From Polyangiales bacterium (lineage in GTDB: Bacteria > Myxococcota_A > Polyangia > Polyangiales > Polyangiaceae): 64,000 bases of DNA. Every line of letters starts with the position of its first letter. Within the stretch, counting starts at the first letter, position 1. A model generated the notes under the pieces. That model had not been told where the DNA came from and searched no databases. It saw only the letters and a program-made list of their open reading frames with translations. The translations under genes and the position numbers were made by a program. Shown here one piece after another: positions 29,274 to 39,405 of the stretch. The stretch is from positions 96,001 to 160,000 of the forward strand of contig JBBRLQ010000016.1 in the NCBI GenBank assembly GCA_038231275.1, given 5' to 3'.

Positions 29274-30215
29274 TCAAAGAATGCAGCCGATGCGGGCGTA
29301 GTCGATCGCGATCTCGTCGAGCCACATCTCGAAGGGCTCCGTCGTGGGTTGGTACTCGGCCCAGCCGAGCCACACGTTCGTGAATTGCGGCAGATTGAAG
29401 GGGTTCGCGTTGCCGCCGTGCTGCGCGGGCGTCGTGTGGAGCGTCGGGTGCTCGGCGGCATCCCACCAGAAGCGCGTCTCGTTCGTGTCGCCCTTGTGCA
29501 TCCACTCGATGCAGAGCCACTTCTGCGTCGGGACCGCGTTGGGCGGCTTGGGATCGCCGTCGGTCGTCGTCCAGTCGCCAGTGCCGGCGTCGTCGACGCG
29601 GTTGTCGGTGCCGACGCCGAAGTGGTTCGCGCCGTTCTGGAGCTGTCCGCTCAGGCGGATCTCGCCGCTCACGCCGGTGCCCGACGCAGCGATGAACGTC
29701 CAGTGCGCGTAGGTGAGCGGCGCGGCGGGGAGCTTGTCGAAGTAGACGAACGCGCGGCCGTAGTAGGTGTTGGCGGGCGCGGGGAAGGTCTTCTTCTCCT
29801 TGATGTAGGAGACGCCGTTGCCCGCGCGCGTGACGTGGAGCGCTTTGGTGCCGCGCATCTTCTGGACGCCGTCGATCAGGGGGGCGGTACCGGTCACCGT
29901 CCATGTCGCGGTGTCGAGGGTGCCGGACTCGAAGTCTTCGCAGAGGGCGACGTTGGCGGCGGCGCAGCGCGTCGGGCCGCCGAACTTGCTGGGATCGGGG
30001 GAGAGATCGCGACCGGAGTCGGCGCCGGCGTCGGAGGCGGGTCCGGAGTCGGCGGCGGACCCGGAGTCGGAGTCGGCGTCGGGCTCGGCCCCGGAGTCGG
30101 CGGCGGGGACGGAGGCGTCTTGGCCAGTCGGCGTGAACGGAGCGACGGCGCTGGACGACGAGCACGCGGCGGCGACGAGGGCGACGAGGGCAAGGAACGC
30201 GACGCGGCGGCGCAT
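29274..30215 (-). CDS. Lipoprotein with Cip1/ConA-like beta-sandwich domain
   Basis: Lipobox AAAC; DAS/DSG linker; [31 protein letters not shown]. Confidence 0.72.
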   Translation of the reverse strand: MRRRVAFLALVALVAAACSSSSAVAPFTPTGQDASVPAADSGAEPDADSDSGSAADSGPASDAGADSGRDLSPDPSKFGGPTRCAAANVALCEDFESGTLDTATWTVTGTAPLIDGVQKMRGTKALHVTRAGNGVSYIKEKKTFPAPANTYYGRAFVYFDKLPAAPLTYAHWTFIAASGTGVSGEIRLSGQLQNGANHFGVGTDNRVDDAGTGDWTTTDGDPKPPNAVPTQKWLCIEWMHKGDTNETRFWWDAAEHPTLHTTPAQHGGNANPFNLPQFTNVWLGWAEYQPTTEPFEMWLDEIAIDYARIGCIL

Positions 30216-30239
30216 GGACGATGAGCGTAGCAGAGGGAG

Positions 30240-31313
30240 CTAGTCCGCCACGAACCCCTTCCACATGCGCATGTACCCCGCGAAGCGCTCGGAGAGGCCG
30301 CGCTCTTGGAGCTCGGCGATCGTGAGCGGCGGCTCTCTCGGGTGCCACGACGCGTCCGCGACGCGGAGGGGCCAGTCGGGGTTGGCGATGGCTGCGCGGC
30401 CGAGGGCGACCACGTCGGCGCCGAGCGCGAGGAGCGACTCGGCCTCCGCGCGCGTCCAGATTTTTCCGGCGACGACGAGCGTCAGCTCGTCGGGCACGAC
30501 GGCGCGGAAGAGCGTGAGCGGGTGCGCGTCGGGCCGTTTTTTCGTGCGGTTCGCGGCGGTCCAGAGGGACAGGTGCAAGAAATCGATCCCGTCGTCGACG
30601 AGCCACCGCGCGACCTGCAGGGTCTCGTCGAGATCGAGGCCCTTCGCGTTGCCCCAGTCCTCGGGAGAGATTCGGACGCCCACCGCGAACGACGCCGGCA
30701 CCTTCGCCCGCACCGCGCGCGTGACCTCGCGAAGGAGACGTGCCCGGTTCTCGAGCGACCCACCCCACCCGTCGGTGCGGCGGTTCTCGGTCGCCGACAG
30801 GAACTGCGTCAAGAGGTAGCCGTGGGCGCCGTGAATCTCGACACCGGCCATCCCTGCCTCGTGCGCGCGCCTCGCCGCGTCGCCGAACGCCGCGATCACG
30901 CGCGTGAGATCGTCGTCGGTCGCCGCGCGTGGGCCGCCCTCGGTCTCGCTCGCGCTCCATGGCCGCTCGCCGGTCAGCTTCGCGTCGGCGCGCAGCCCGC
31001 CGTGAAAAATCTGGACCATCGGCACCGCGCCGCGCGCCTTCATCGACGCCGCGACGCGCGCGAGGCCCGGCACGTGCGCGTCGCTCCACACGCCCAGCTC
31101 CCCCTTCCACCCCTGCCCGTCCTGCGTGACGTGCGCGGCGCAGGTGGGCACGATGCCGAAGCCGCCGTCGGCGCGCATCTCGAGCCAGCGGAGCTCGTCC
31201 TCGCCCAGCGTGCCGTCGTCGTGGCTCTGCGAGTTGGTCATCGGCGCGAGCGCGACGCGATTTTTGGCGGTGATGCCGTTTCGGAAGCGGATTGGCGAGA
31301 GAAGTTCTTTCAC
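30240..31313 (-). CDS. NADH:flavin oxidoreductase (old yellow enzyme family)
   Basis: KNRVALAPMT, QIFHGG, EIHGAHGYLLTQFLS, NRRTDGWGGSLENR, LGR..ANPD. Start approximate. Confidence 0.93.
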   Translation of the reverse strand: MKELLSPIRFRNGITAKNRVALAPMTNSQSHDDGTLGEDELRWLEMRADGGFGIVPTCAAHVTQDGQGWKGELGVWSDAHVPGLARVAASMKARGAVPMVQIFHGGLRADAKLTGERPWSASETEGGPRAATDDDLTRVIAAFGDAARRAHEAGMAGVEIHGAHGYLLTQFLSATENRRTDGWGGSLENRARLLREVTRAVRAKVPASFAVGVRISPEDWGNAKGLDLDETLQVARWLVDDGIDFLHLSLWTAANRTKKRPDAHPLTLFRAVVPDELTLVVAGKIWTRAEAESLLALGADVVALGRAAIANPDWPLRVADASWHPREPPLTIAELQERGLSERFAGYMRMWKGFVAD

Positions 31314-31356
31314 GGGTGGCAGACTAGTCGCAAAACGGATGCCCATCCTCGCCTCG

Positions 31357-32217
31357 ATGATCGAAAAGCGCGCCGTGAGCGCGGACGGAACGGAGCTCGC
31401 GTACCACGTCGTCGGAAAGGGGCCGCGCGCGTGGCTGATGCCGCCGGCGATGGGCGCGCCGCTCCTCAGCATGAAGTACGTCCTCGAGCGGTTTCAGGAC
31501 GATTTCACGATCGTATCGTGGGATCAGCGCGGATTTTACGGCTCGGCGACCCCCAAAGACGAAGGCGCGATGCGCGTGGACGATCACCTCGACGACATGG
31601 AGGCGGTGATCGCCGCAGAGAAGCTCGAGCGATTCGTCCTCGGCGGGTGGAGCATGGCGGTCCAGCTGTCGCTCGAGTACGTGCATCGACACCCCGAGCG
31701 TGTTCGCGCGCTCGTGCTCATCAACGGCCCCTACGAGCACGCGCTCAAGAACCTCACGTCCCTCCCCGGCGCCGAGGCGCTCGCCTTGGGCACGCTCAAG
31801 GTCGGCGCGCGGGCGGGTGCGATCTTGAATCCGCTGTCGCGCGCGATTCTTGGCGCGCCGGGCGCCGCGCGTCTGCTCCATCGGGCGGGCGTCCTCGCGG
31901 AGAACCCCGAATTCTTCGAGGAGGTGCTCGCGCAGTTCTCCAAGGTGGACTGGGGCCGCTACTTCACGATGACGCGCCACCTCCATGAGCACTCTGCCGC
32001 GGCGTACCTTGGCGAGATCCGCGTGCCGACGCTCATCACCACCGGCACGCGCGACCTGCTCACGCCTCCCACCACCGCCGAGCGGATGCATCGCATGATC
32101 CGAGGCTCGGAGCTCTTCGTCGTGCCGGGCGCTACGCACTACATCGTCGCCGAGTACCCGGACGCGTTGTGCGACAGGATCGCGACGTTCCTCGCACACG
32201 TCGACGGTTTGGGCTAG
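31357..32217 (+). CDS. Alpha/beta hydrolase
   Basis: WDQRGFYGS, GWSMA nucleophile elbow, GTRD, GATH. Start is 31339 or 31357. Confidence 0.9.
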   Translation: MIEKRAVSADGTELAYHVVGKGPRAWLMPPAMGAPLLSMKYVLERFQDDFTIVSWDQRGFYGSATPKDEGAMRVDDHLDDMEAVIAAEKLERFVLGGWSMAVQLSLEYVHRHPERVRALVLINGPYEHALKNLTSLPGAEALALGTLKVGARAGAILNPLSRAILGAPGAARLLHRAGVLAENPEFFEEVLAQFSKVDWGRYFTMTRHLHEHSAAAYLGEIRVPTLITTGTRDLLTPPTTAERMHRMIRGSELFVVPGATHYIVAEYPDALCDRIATFLAHVDGLG

Positions 32218-32227
32218 ACGATGGATC

Positions 32228-33103
32228 GTGAAGTTTGCGCTCGTCACCGCCGCCGCAGCCCGTGATCTCGACGAAGACCTCCCCTTGCTCACGGCGGCGC
32301 TCGCCAAGCGCGACGTCGCGGTCGACGTCGTCGACTGGGACGACGCGAACGCGCGGTGGGGCTCGTACGACGCCGTCGTGGTGCGATCGCCGTGGGATTA
32401 TGCCCCGCGGCGCGACGCGTTCGTCGAGTGGGCGCGCGGCGTCGGGTCGCCGCTGTTCAACTCGGCGGAGGTGCTCGCGTGGAACACCGACAAGCGCTAC
32501 CTCCAGCACCTCGCCACGAGCGGGGTCGCGATCACGCCGACCCTGTTCGTTGCGCCGGGAGAGTCGGTGACGCTCCGCGGTGGGGAGATCGTCGTCAAGC
32601 CCACGATCTCCGGCGGCGCGAAGGACACGGCGCGGTACATGGAGAGCGAGCGGGCGCAAGCGAAGGCGCACGTCCAGGCCCTGAACGCGGCGGGGCGAAC
32701 CGCGATGATTCAGCCGTACATGGTCTCGGTTGACGCGCGCGGCGAGACAGCGCTCCTCTTTTTCGGCGGCGTCTTCAGCCACTCCATAACGAAAGGGGCG
32801 CTCTTGACGCGCGGCGCCGGCTTCGTCGAGGGCCTCTTCGCGAAGGAGCGGGTCGTGACCCGCGCGCCGACCGCCGCCGAACGCGCCCTCGCCGAGGCGG
32901 CGCTCGACGCGGTGCCGATGGGCCGCAGCGCCCTCGCCTACGCGCGCGTGGACGTGGTGCTCGGCGACGACGGCGCGCCGATGGTGCTGGAGCTCGAGCT
33001 CACCGAGCCGAGCGTATTCCTAGGTCACTCGGAGGGCGCCGCTGATCGCTTCGCCGACGCGCTCCTCGCGCACGCGATCAAGGCGCGAGATAACCGGACG
33101 TGA
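32228..33103 (+). CDS. ATP-grasp protein (RimK/glutathione synthetase-like)
   Basis: VRSPWDY, WNTDKRYL, VVKPTISGGA, MIQPY, YARVD, LELELTEPSVFL. Confidence 0.88.
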   Translation: MKFALVTAAAARDLDEDLPLLTAALAKRDVAVDVVDWDDANARWGSYDAVVVRSPWDYAPRRDAFVEWARGVGSPLFNSAEVLAWNTDKRYLQHLATSGVAITPTLFVAPGESVTLRGGEIVVKPTISGGAKDTARYMESERAQAKAHVQALNAAGRTAMIQPYMVSVDARGETALLFFGGVFSHSITKGALLTRGAGFVEGLFAKERVVTRAPTAAERALAEAALDAVPMGRSALAYARVDVVLGDDGAPMVLELELTEPSVFLGHSEGAADRFADALLAHAIKARDNRT

Positions 33104-33878
33104 CGACGCGACCGGCGAAGTCGACATAATCGTCGGCGACGTCGAACGTCTGCGGATCGTGGGGGCGGTTCGTGATCATCGTGTCGTGGAGGCAGTTGCT
33201 GGTCGCGCACCCACTGCCCGTCGCGTCGACCACGAAGGTCTTCGCGCCGTGGTACTGCGGGGCGATGGCGCGGAGGAACGCGCCGTTGCGCGAGAGGCCG
33301 ACGCCCGGCTCCGACGCGTACACGAACGTGAGCGATGCGAGCTTACCGGCGATGGCGAGCGTCAGCCCGTCCTGGCCGCCGTCGAGATCGAAGTAGTGGG
33401 TCTTCGCGCGGAGATCGGCGGTCAAGACGCCGAGCAGCTCGTGGGCGACGAACGCGCCGCTCGAGTGGGCGACGACGTAGATCGCGTCGGGAGGATCGGC
33501 GGCGAGGTGCGCCGCGAGCGCGGTGTTGCCGATCTCGCGCGCGCGGTAGAGCGCGTCGCGCGGCCCTTGCGACGCGTAGACGGCGCCGAGATCGAGGTCG
33601 GTGCCGCGCGCGGCGACGAGCGCGTCGGCCCACGACTGCGCGTGCTCGGGGTGCGCGCCGTAGCCGCCGTAGACGACGAGCGCGGCGCGGCCGGTGCCGA
33701 ACGTGCGTCCGGCGATTCCGCGCGAGACGTCGGACCATCCCGCGCGGTTCGTCGTCGACGCCTGATCGGTCGCCTCGGGAGACGCGTCGGCGACCGAGCC
33801 CGAGCACGCGGCGAGCGTGCCGACGGTGGCGATCAAGGCGGCTGCGACGAGCGCGCGACCCACGGCGGCGAAAACCAT
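33078..33878 (-). CDS. Lipoprotein, probable alpha/beta-hydrolase fold
   Basis: Lipobox LAAC; VAHSSGAF nucleophile-like motif; C-terminal CLHD. Confidence 0.7.
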   Translation of the reverse strand: MVFAAVGRALVAAALIATVGTLAACSGSVADASPEATDQASTTNRAGWSDVSRGIAGRTFGTGRAALVVYGGYGAHPEHAQSWADALVAARGTDLDLGAVYASQGPRDALYRAREIGNTALAAHLAADPPDAIYVVAHSSGAFVAHELLGVLTADLRAKTHYFDLDGGQDGLTLAIAGKLASLTFVYASEPGVGLSRNGAFLRAIAPQYHGAKTFVVDATGSGCATSNCLHDTMITNRPHDPQTFDVADDYVDFAGRVVTSGYLAP

Positions 33879-33934
33879 GCCCTACACTGTCACACATTGA
33901 CCGACGCGCAAGCCGGCCTCATGGAAGCACGCAG

Positions 33935-34786
33935 ATGACCACGAAAATTCCGTCGAGGCTGGTTCCCGGTCTCGTGCCGCCCAGGACGAGCGCCGGTGGC
34001 GAGGACGTACAAGAGGAGTGGTTCGTCTTCCGGGGTGGAGAGCTTCTCGTCGGAGACGCGGACGCCGCCCTCCCTTCGCGGGACGCGTCGCGCGATCTGC
34101 GCGCGGCGGGCGACTCGATCTACTTGGGCACGATGGACGGCGCCGCGTGCTTCGCCCTCGCGCTCGCGTCGGATTCCGTCGCACCGCCGTCGTGCTCGTT
34201 CGCCGGGCTGCGCGCGCTCTTCATGAAGCTGCCGCGCGAGAGGTGGCATGCCGCAGGACGCGCGCTCCAGCTCCTCGAGTGGGATCGGACGCATCGCTTC
34301 TGCGGCGCGTGCGCTACGCCGACCTTCACGATGGAGGGCGAGCGCGCGAAGAAGTGCCCGAAGTGCGCCCTCACGGCATATCCGCGCGTCGCGCCGGCGA
34401 TCATCGTCCTCGTGCATCGCGGGGACGAGGCGATCCTCGCGCGCGGTCCGCGCACGCCGGCGAAGTTCATGAGCACGCTGGCCGGCTTCGTCGAACCGGG
34501 CGAGTCGCTCGAGGAGACGCTCGCCCGCGAGGTCGCAGAGGAGGTCGGCGTGCGCGTCACGAACGTGCGCTACTTCGGGAGCCAGCCGTGGCCGTTCCCG
34601 CATTCGCTCATGGTCGGATTCTTCGCGGAGCACGCCGAGGGAGAGGTCAGACCCGACGGCGTCGAGCTCGACGACGCGCGCTGGTTCCGCTTCGACGCGC
34701 TCCCCGACGTTCCGCCGAGCATCAGCATCGCGCGACAGCTCATCGACGCATGGGTCGCGTCGCGCTCGGGCGGTGCGCCGATCTGA
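33935..34786 (+). CDS. nudC: NAD(+) diphosphatase (Nudix)
   Basis: FCGAC..CPKC zinc finger, YPR, AGFVEPGESLEE..REVAEEVG Nudix box, SQPWPFPHSLM. Confidence 0.95.
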   Translation: MTTKIPSRLVPGLVPPRTSAGGEDVQEEWFVFRGGELLVGDADAALPSRDASRDLRAAGDSIYLGTMDGAACFALALASDSVAPPSCSFAGLRALFMKLPRERWHAAGRALQLLEWDRTHRFCGACATPTFTMEGERAKKCPKCALTAYPRVAPAIIVLVHRGDEAILARGPRTPAKFMSTLAGFVEPGESLEETLAREVAEEVGVRVTNVRYFGSQPWPFPHSLMVGFFAEHAEGEVRPDGVELDDARWFRFDALPDVPPSISIARQLIDAWVASRSGGAPI

Positions 34787-34822
34787 CGCGGATCAGGCGC
34801 GACCAGGCGGCGTCAGGCGCCC

Positions 34823-35686
34823 TCAGGCGAGCGTCGCCCAGCGCCCGCCGTCGGTGCTGAGGTGGACCGCGCGCTCTCCGACGGCGAGGATGCCCTTCGC
34901 CGCGGCCGCCAGCGCGAAGACCGGCTCGGCGAGGACGAGGCGCGGCGCCTTGCCGTCGATGCGCCATACGCTCGTGCCATCGGCGACGAAAAGAGCGTCC
35001 TCGAGGACGGCGATCGCCGTGGGCCGGAGCTCACCGATCGCGATCGTCCGCCACTTCACTCCCGCGCCGACGAGCGCGACGCCCTGGCCCGCAACCACCG
35101 GCTGCCCACCCGGACGCGACGCCGCGCACGTCCACTTGGCCTCCGCCGGCAAGCTCGCCGGCTTCCAGCCATGGGCACCACGCGACCACGCCGCGCCTTC
35201 GGTCCCGAACGCCCACGCCGTGCCGTCCGAATCGCCGGCGACGCCCGCGAGCGCGCCCTGCTCGATCGTGCGGTACGTCGAGAGCTTGACGGCAGAGAGG
35301 CGCGGCAGCGGCGGCGCGATGCCCCACGGCTCCCAGCTCTTCTGCGCGCGGCGGTAGATCCGTCCGGCCGTACCGAACGCCACGATCGCGCCGCCGGCGA
35401 GCTGCGTCACGCCGCGGAGGGTCGGCGACGCTTTTCGGTCGGTCACCTTTCCGATACGGCCGCCCCCGGCGTCGACAACGAGCGTCTGCCCCGCAGGTCC
35501 GATGACGACCACTCCGTCCCCTTCGGGCGCAACGCCGACCGCGGCCCAGGGCGCGCGTGAGAGGCGCGAGAGCCGCCCTCCCTTCAGCCGCCAGACGACG
35601 GCCTCGGCCTCGCCGTCGCGGTGACCGACCAAGATGGGGCGACCGCCATCGGCGAACGCGGCGGCGGAGAAGCGTCGTCCGGGCAC
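34823..35686 (-). CDS. Hypothetical beta-propeller-like protein
   Basis: Repeated A-x-G-x-x-G...W units; fills the gap between genes. Confidence 0.6.
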   Translation of the reverse strand: MPGRRFSAAAFADGGRPILVGHRDGEAEAVVWRLKGGRLSRLSRAPWAAVGVAPEGDGVVVIGPAGQTLVVDAGGGRIGKVTDRKASPTLRGVTQLAGGAIVAFGTAGRIYRRAQKSWEPWGIAPPLPRLSAVKLSTYRTIEQGALAGVAGDSDGTAWAFGTEGAAWSRGAHGWKPASLPAEAKWTCAASRPGGQPVVAGQGVALVGAGVKWRTIAIGELRPTAIAVLEDALFVADGTSVWRIDGKAPRLVLAEPVFALAAAAKGILAVGERAVHLSTDGGRWATLA

Positions 35687-35693
35687 GGCGACC

Positions 35694-36557
35694 TCAGCGC
35701 GCGCTCCAGCGCGGATCGTCTTCGATGACCCACTCGAACCCGCGGCGGATGTTGTCCATCACGGCACCGGTATACACGTGACCGGCCCCCTCCGTGTAGA
35801 CGGTGCGCGTGAGGACGCCGACCTTGTCGAGTCGGACCGCGACGCTCGAGCTCTGGGAGAGGCACTCCTCTTGTCCGCACACGAAGAGGATGCGCTTGCC
35901 GCCGGTCGCGCCGAAGATGGCGATGCGATCGGGGGTCCATGCGTCCTGGCCGCCCTCGATCAAGATCGCGCGGGGATAGCGGGCGGGCTCCGTCGCAAGG
36001 ATGCCGACCGACGCGAACGCGCCGCGCGAAAATCCGATGTAGAGGACCGCGGTCTTGTCGACGTAGCCGGGGTAGTGCTTGTCGAGGACGGCGAGGTCCG
36101 CGTCGACCTCGATGGCGAGCGTCTGCGGGCTCTTGAACCAGAAGTTCGGGTAGTTCTTCTCGGCGGGGCGCGTGCCGCGCGGGCACACGAGGAAGGCGCG
36201 CGAGCCGACGACGCCGTGCATCGACTCGCAGTAGGCCTCGGGCGTCTCGGCGTTGCCGTGGACGCCGAGGACGATGGGGCGCGGCGAGGTGGCGCCGTTC
36301 GGCGGATACACGACGACGTCGCCCCATTCGGGAACGGGGAACGTGTCGAAGGCATCCCACGCGATGAGCGGCTCGAGCCGACCGACCGGCGCCGCTGTGA
36401 CGCCCGCCTCGGCGCCGGTCGGCGCGGGCGTGGGCTTCTTCTCGACCTTGGCGTCGGCGCGTGTGCACGACGGCATGCGCGAGCACGACACGGCGAGCAG
36501 CGCGAGGGCGACATGGAAGATCGTGGCGCGCGACCCGAGCACCGTCCCATCCGACAT
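35694..36557 (-). CDS. Secreted esterase-like alpha/beta hydrolase (lipoprotein)
   Basis: LAVSC lipobox-like; IVLGVHG, GFSRG, GAGH. Start approximate. Confidence 0.75.
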   Translation of the reverse strand: MSDGTVLGSRATIFHVALALLAVSCSRMPSCTRADAKVEKKPTPAPTGAEAGVTAAPVGRLEPLIAWDAFDTFPVPEWGDVVVYPPNGATSPRPIVLGVHGNAETPEAYCESMHGVVGSRAFLVCPRGTRPAEKNYPNFWFKSPQTLAIEVDADLAVLDKHYPGYVDKTAVLYIGFSRGAFASVGILATEPARYPRAILIEGGQDAWTPDRIAIFGATGGKRILFVCGQEECLSQSSSVAVRLDKVGVLTRTVYTEGAGHVYTGAVMDNIRRGFEWVIEDDPRWSAR

Positions 36558-36633
36558 CGAACGCGCCCGGCGCGCGCGCCGACTCCCCGTTTTGTCTTGC
36601 TGGGAGGGCATCCTTGCGGAAGGCTTCGCGCCC

Positions 36634-37566
36634 ATGGCGTTCACGTTCGACTCGATCCCGTCCCTCCGTGGCCGCACCCTCGTCGTGACCGGCGGAAACA
36701 GCGGGATCGGCTTCGAGGCCGCGCGCATGTTCGCGAAGGCCGGCGCGCGCGTGATCCTCGCGTGCCGCGATGCCGGCAAAATGAAGGCGGCGCGCGAGCG
36801 CATCGGCGCGGAGACGGCAGGCGCCGAGATCGAGGAGATCCCGCTCGATCTCGGAGACCTCGCCTCGGTGCGCGCGGCGGCGGCGGAGATCCGCGCACGC
36901 GCGCCGGCGCTCGACGGCCTCGTCAACAACGCAGGCGTGATGGCCCTGCCCGACCGCGAGACGAAGGACGGCTTCGAGATGCAGGTCGGCACCAACCACC
37001 TCGGCCACTTCGCGCTGACCGGCCTGCTCCTTCCGGCGCTGCTCGCGGCGCGGTCCGCCCGCGTCGTGACCGTGAGTAGCCTCGTGCACCTCCAGGGCAA
37101 GGTCCTGCTCGAAGACCTCCCGAAGCCTAGAAAATATGGCGAATGGACGGCGTACGCGCGGAGCAAGCTCGCCAACGTCCTGTTCGGCTACGAGCTCGAT
37201 CGACGCGCGAAAGCCGCGGGGACGAAGGTGGTGAGCGTCGTGTGCCATCCCGGATATTCGGCGACGAACCTGCAGAGCGGCGGGGCGCGGATGGGCGGCT
37301 CCGCCTTTCAAGGAGGCATCATGAAGATGTCGAACGCGGTCATCGCGCAAGCGCCGGACATGGGCGCGCTCCCGACGGTGTACGCGGCGACCGCGGAGGA
37401 CATCCGCGGCGGCGAGTTCGTCGGACCTGGCGGCCCCTTCGCCATTCGCGGGTATCCGAAGATCGGCGCTTCCAGCAAGGCGTCGCACGACGAAGGCCTC
37501 GCGCGCGCGCTCTGGGAAGCGTCGGAGAAGCTCACCGGCGTCACGTACGCGTTCGGCGCGGCATGA
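36634..37566 (+). CDS. Short-chain dehydrogenase/reductase (retinol-DH-like)
   Basis: TGGNSGIG, NNAG, TNHLGHF, YARSK, HPG. Confidence 0.95.
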   Translation: MAFTFDSIPSLRGRTLVVTGGNSGIGFEAARMFAKAGARVILACRDAGKMKAARERIGAETAGAEIEEIPLDLGDLASVRAAAAEIRARAPALDGLVNNAGVMALPDRETKDGFEMQVGTNHLGHFALTGLLLPALLAARSARVVTVSSLVHLQGKVLLEDLPKPRKYGEWTAYARSKLANVLFGYELDRRAKAAGTKVVSVVCHPGYSATNLQSGGARMGGSAFQGGIMKMSNAVIAQAPDMGALPTVYAATAEDIRGGEFVGPGGPFAIRGYPKIGASSKASHDEGLARALWEASEKLTGVTYAFGAA

Positions 37567-38324
37567 CCAGCCCGCGGCTCGGCGAGTGGCTGCGCGAGGG
37601 GCCGTTCGCGCTGGCGATGTCGAGCGGCTTCTTCGGCTTCTTCGCGCACTGCGGCGCGCTGACGGTGCTCGAAGACGAGGGGCTCTTGCCGTCGCGCGTC
37701 TCCGGCTCGAGCGCAGGCGCCTTGGTCACTGGCGCGTGGGCGAGCGGGCTCGACGCGGCGCGCCTCGCGGGCGAGCTTCGCGTCCTCCGTCGCGGGGACT
37801 TTTGGGATCCGCGGCCCGGCGCAGGCCTCCTCCGCGGCGCGCTCTTTCGCGCGCGCCTGGACGCGCTCCTCCCCACCACCGACATCGCCCGCTGCCGCAC
37901 GCGCGTCGCGATATCGACCTACGACGTCCTCGCGCGCCGCACGCGCGTGCTGGAATCCGGCGGGCTCGCGGCGGCCATCCACGCGTCGTGCGCGGTGCCC
38001 TTCATGTTCCACCCGGTGCGGCTCGACGGGCGCATCCTCGTCGACGGCGGCGTCGCCGATCGCCCCGGCCTCGCGGGAATGCCCGCCGGTGAGCGCGTCC
38101 TCTTCCACCACCTCGCGTCGCGCTCTCCGTGGAGAAGGCGCGGCAGCGCGTCGATGGAGCTTCCGTCGCGCGACGGGCTCGTGGCGGTGGCGATCGAAGG
38201 GCTCCCCCGCGTCGGTCCATTTCGCCTGCACCAGGGCGTGCACGCGTTCGACGCGGCCCGCCGCGCGATGCGCGAGGCCCTCGCCCGTCCCGTGGAGGGT
38301 GGCGCGGTTCGCCTCTCGGCCTGA
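37563..38324 (+). CDS. Patatin-like phospholipase
   Basis: SSGFFGFFAHCG, GSSAG, ASCAVP, DGG; ATGA coupling with the SDR gene. Confidence 0.9.
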   Translation: MTSPRLGEWLREGPFALAMSSGFFGFFAHCGALTVLEDEGLLPSRVSGSSAGALVTGAWASGLDAARLAGELRVLRRGDFWDPRPGAGLLRGALFRARLDALLPTTDIARCRTRVAISTYDVLARRTRVLESGGLAAAIHASCAVPFMFHPVRLDGRILVDGGVADRPGLAGMPAGERVLFHHLASRSPWRRRGSASMELPSRDGLVAVAIEGLPRVGPFRLHQGVHAFDAARRAMREALARPVEGGAVRLSA

Positions 38325-38380
38325 CCGGTTCACCCGTTCGTGCGACTTGTGCTTCCTCGCGCGGGAGTCACATTGAAGGG

Positions 38381-38803
38381 ATGCAGGCCCTGGTTCAATC
38401 CCTCGCGGACACGATGTCGCTCTCGAGCTTGCTCGACGAGCTTCGCCGCCAGGTCGGCGCGTTCGAGCTCGGCGATCATTGGACGCAGGGCGAGTTCCAC
38501 CACGACGTCGTGCTCCGCTTCGAATCGCAGGACCGGCCTCTCGCGCTGGTCGTCGCGACCAACTGCAACGGCGGAGTGAAAGAGGTGCTGGCCTTCGACG
38601 TCACTCCCGAGAGGTACGCGCTGTGGCACTGGCGCTGCCCGCACGTCGCGGATTTTTCGGGCACGCTGCCGCCGATCCTTGCGCGGGCGACGACGACACA
38701 CTTCTTCGACCCGTGCGCGCTCCTCGTCGACGACGCGCGCAGCGAGCTGCTCCCCGAGCACCGCGTCCGGCAACGAGGCGGCGGGTGGTGCTCGAAGGTG
38801 TAG
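38381..38803 (+). CDS. Conserved-looking hypothetical protein
   Basis: HWTQGEFHHD, NCNGG, WHWRCP and FDPC motifs look selected; family not recognised. Confidence 0.7.
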   Translation: MQALVQSLADTMSLSSLLDELRRQVGAFELGDHWTQGEFHHDVVLRFESQDRPLALVVATNCNGGVKEVLAFDVTPERYALWHWRCPHVADFSGTLPPILARATTTHFFDPCALLVDDARSELLPEHRVRQRGGGWCSKV

Positions 38804-38827
38804 CGCCCGAAGGTGTAGAGTGAGCGC

Positions 38828-39031
38828 ATGCATCGCGCGCTCGTCCTCGCCGCCGCCCTCACGCTTTTTGGTTGCCCGCCGAGCGGCGAAAAGAGAGGGA
38901 CGCCTGCTGTTCCCGCCGCGTGCGCGAAGGTCGGCGATTCGTGCGAGTTTTCGCCTGGGAAGCTCGGGAGCTGCGTCCAGAAAGACGAGTGCACCACGCC
39001 GCCGTGCCTCGTCTGCCAGTCGCAGCACTGA
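38828..39031 (+). CDS. Small six-Cys lipoprotein
   Basis: Lipobox LFGC followed by a compact domain with 6 Cys. Confidence 0.75.
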   Translation: MHRALVLAAALTLFGCPPSGEKRGTPAVPAACAKVGDSCEFSPGKLGSCVQKDECTTPPCLVCQSQH

Positions 39032-39081
39032 CGCGCGGTCCGCCGCGTGGCGTCCACTGCGACGGGTTTTGCCGACGGCCG

Positions 39082-39330
39082 CTAGCGCTGCAGCTCGCGG
39101 CGCAGGCGCAAGCCGTCGCGCAGCGTCCACGCGCCGCCGCCCCAGAAAATCGCGAGCGCGAGCCACGCCAGCGCGGGCGGCGGGCCACCGTGCCCCATGA
39201 CCACCGCGACGATCGCTCCGCCCCCCACGAGCCCCATCACGCCCGTTACGATGCGCTTGTACGCGATAGCCTGCGCGATCCGGCGATCGACCGTCTTGGG
39301 GAGGGCGGGCGTCTTCGGCAGAGCGGGCAT
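39082..39330 (-). CDS. Small two-TM membrane protein
   Basis: Two hydrophobic helices. Start is 39330 or 39351; the longer ORF is the antisense of a PT repeat. Confidence 0.65.
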   Translation of the reverse strand: MPALPKTPALPKTVDRRIAQAIAYKRIVTGVMGLVGGGAIVAVVMGHGGPPPALAWLALAIFWGGGAWTLRDGLRLRRELQR

Positions 39331-39405
39331 CTGGAGGGAGAGCTTTAGCATCCATTCGTTGCGCGTCACGTGGGACGAGGCCGACTGACCGTGTAGATTC
39401 ACCAC

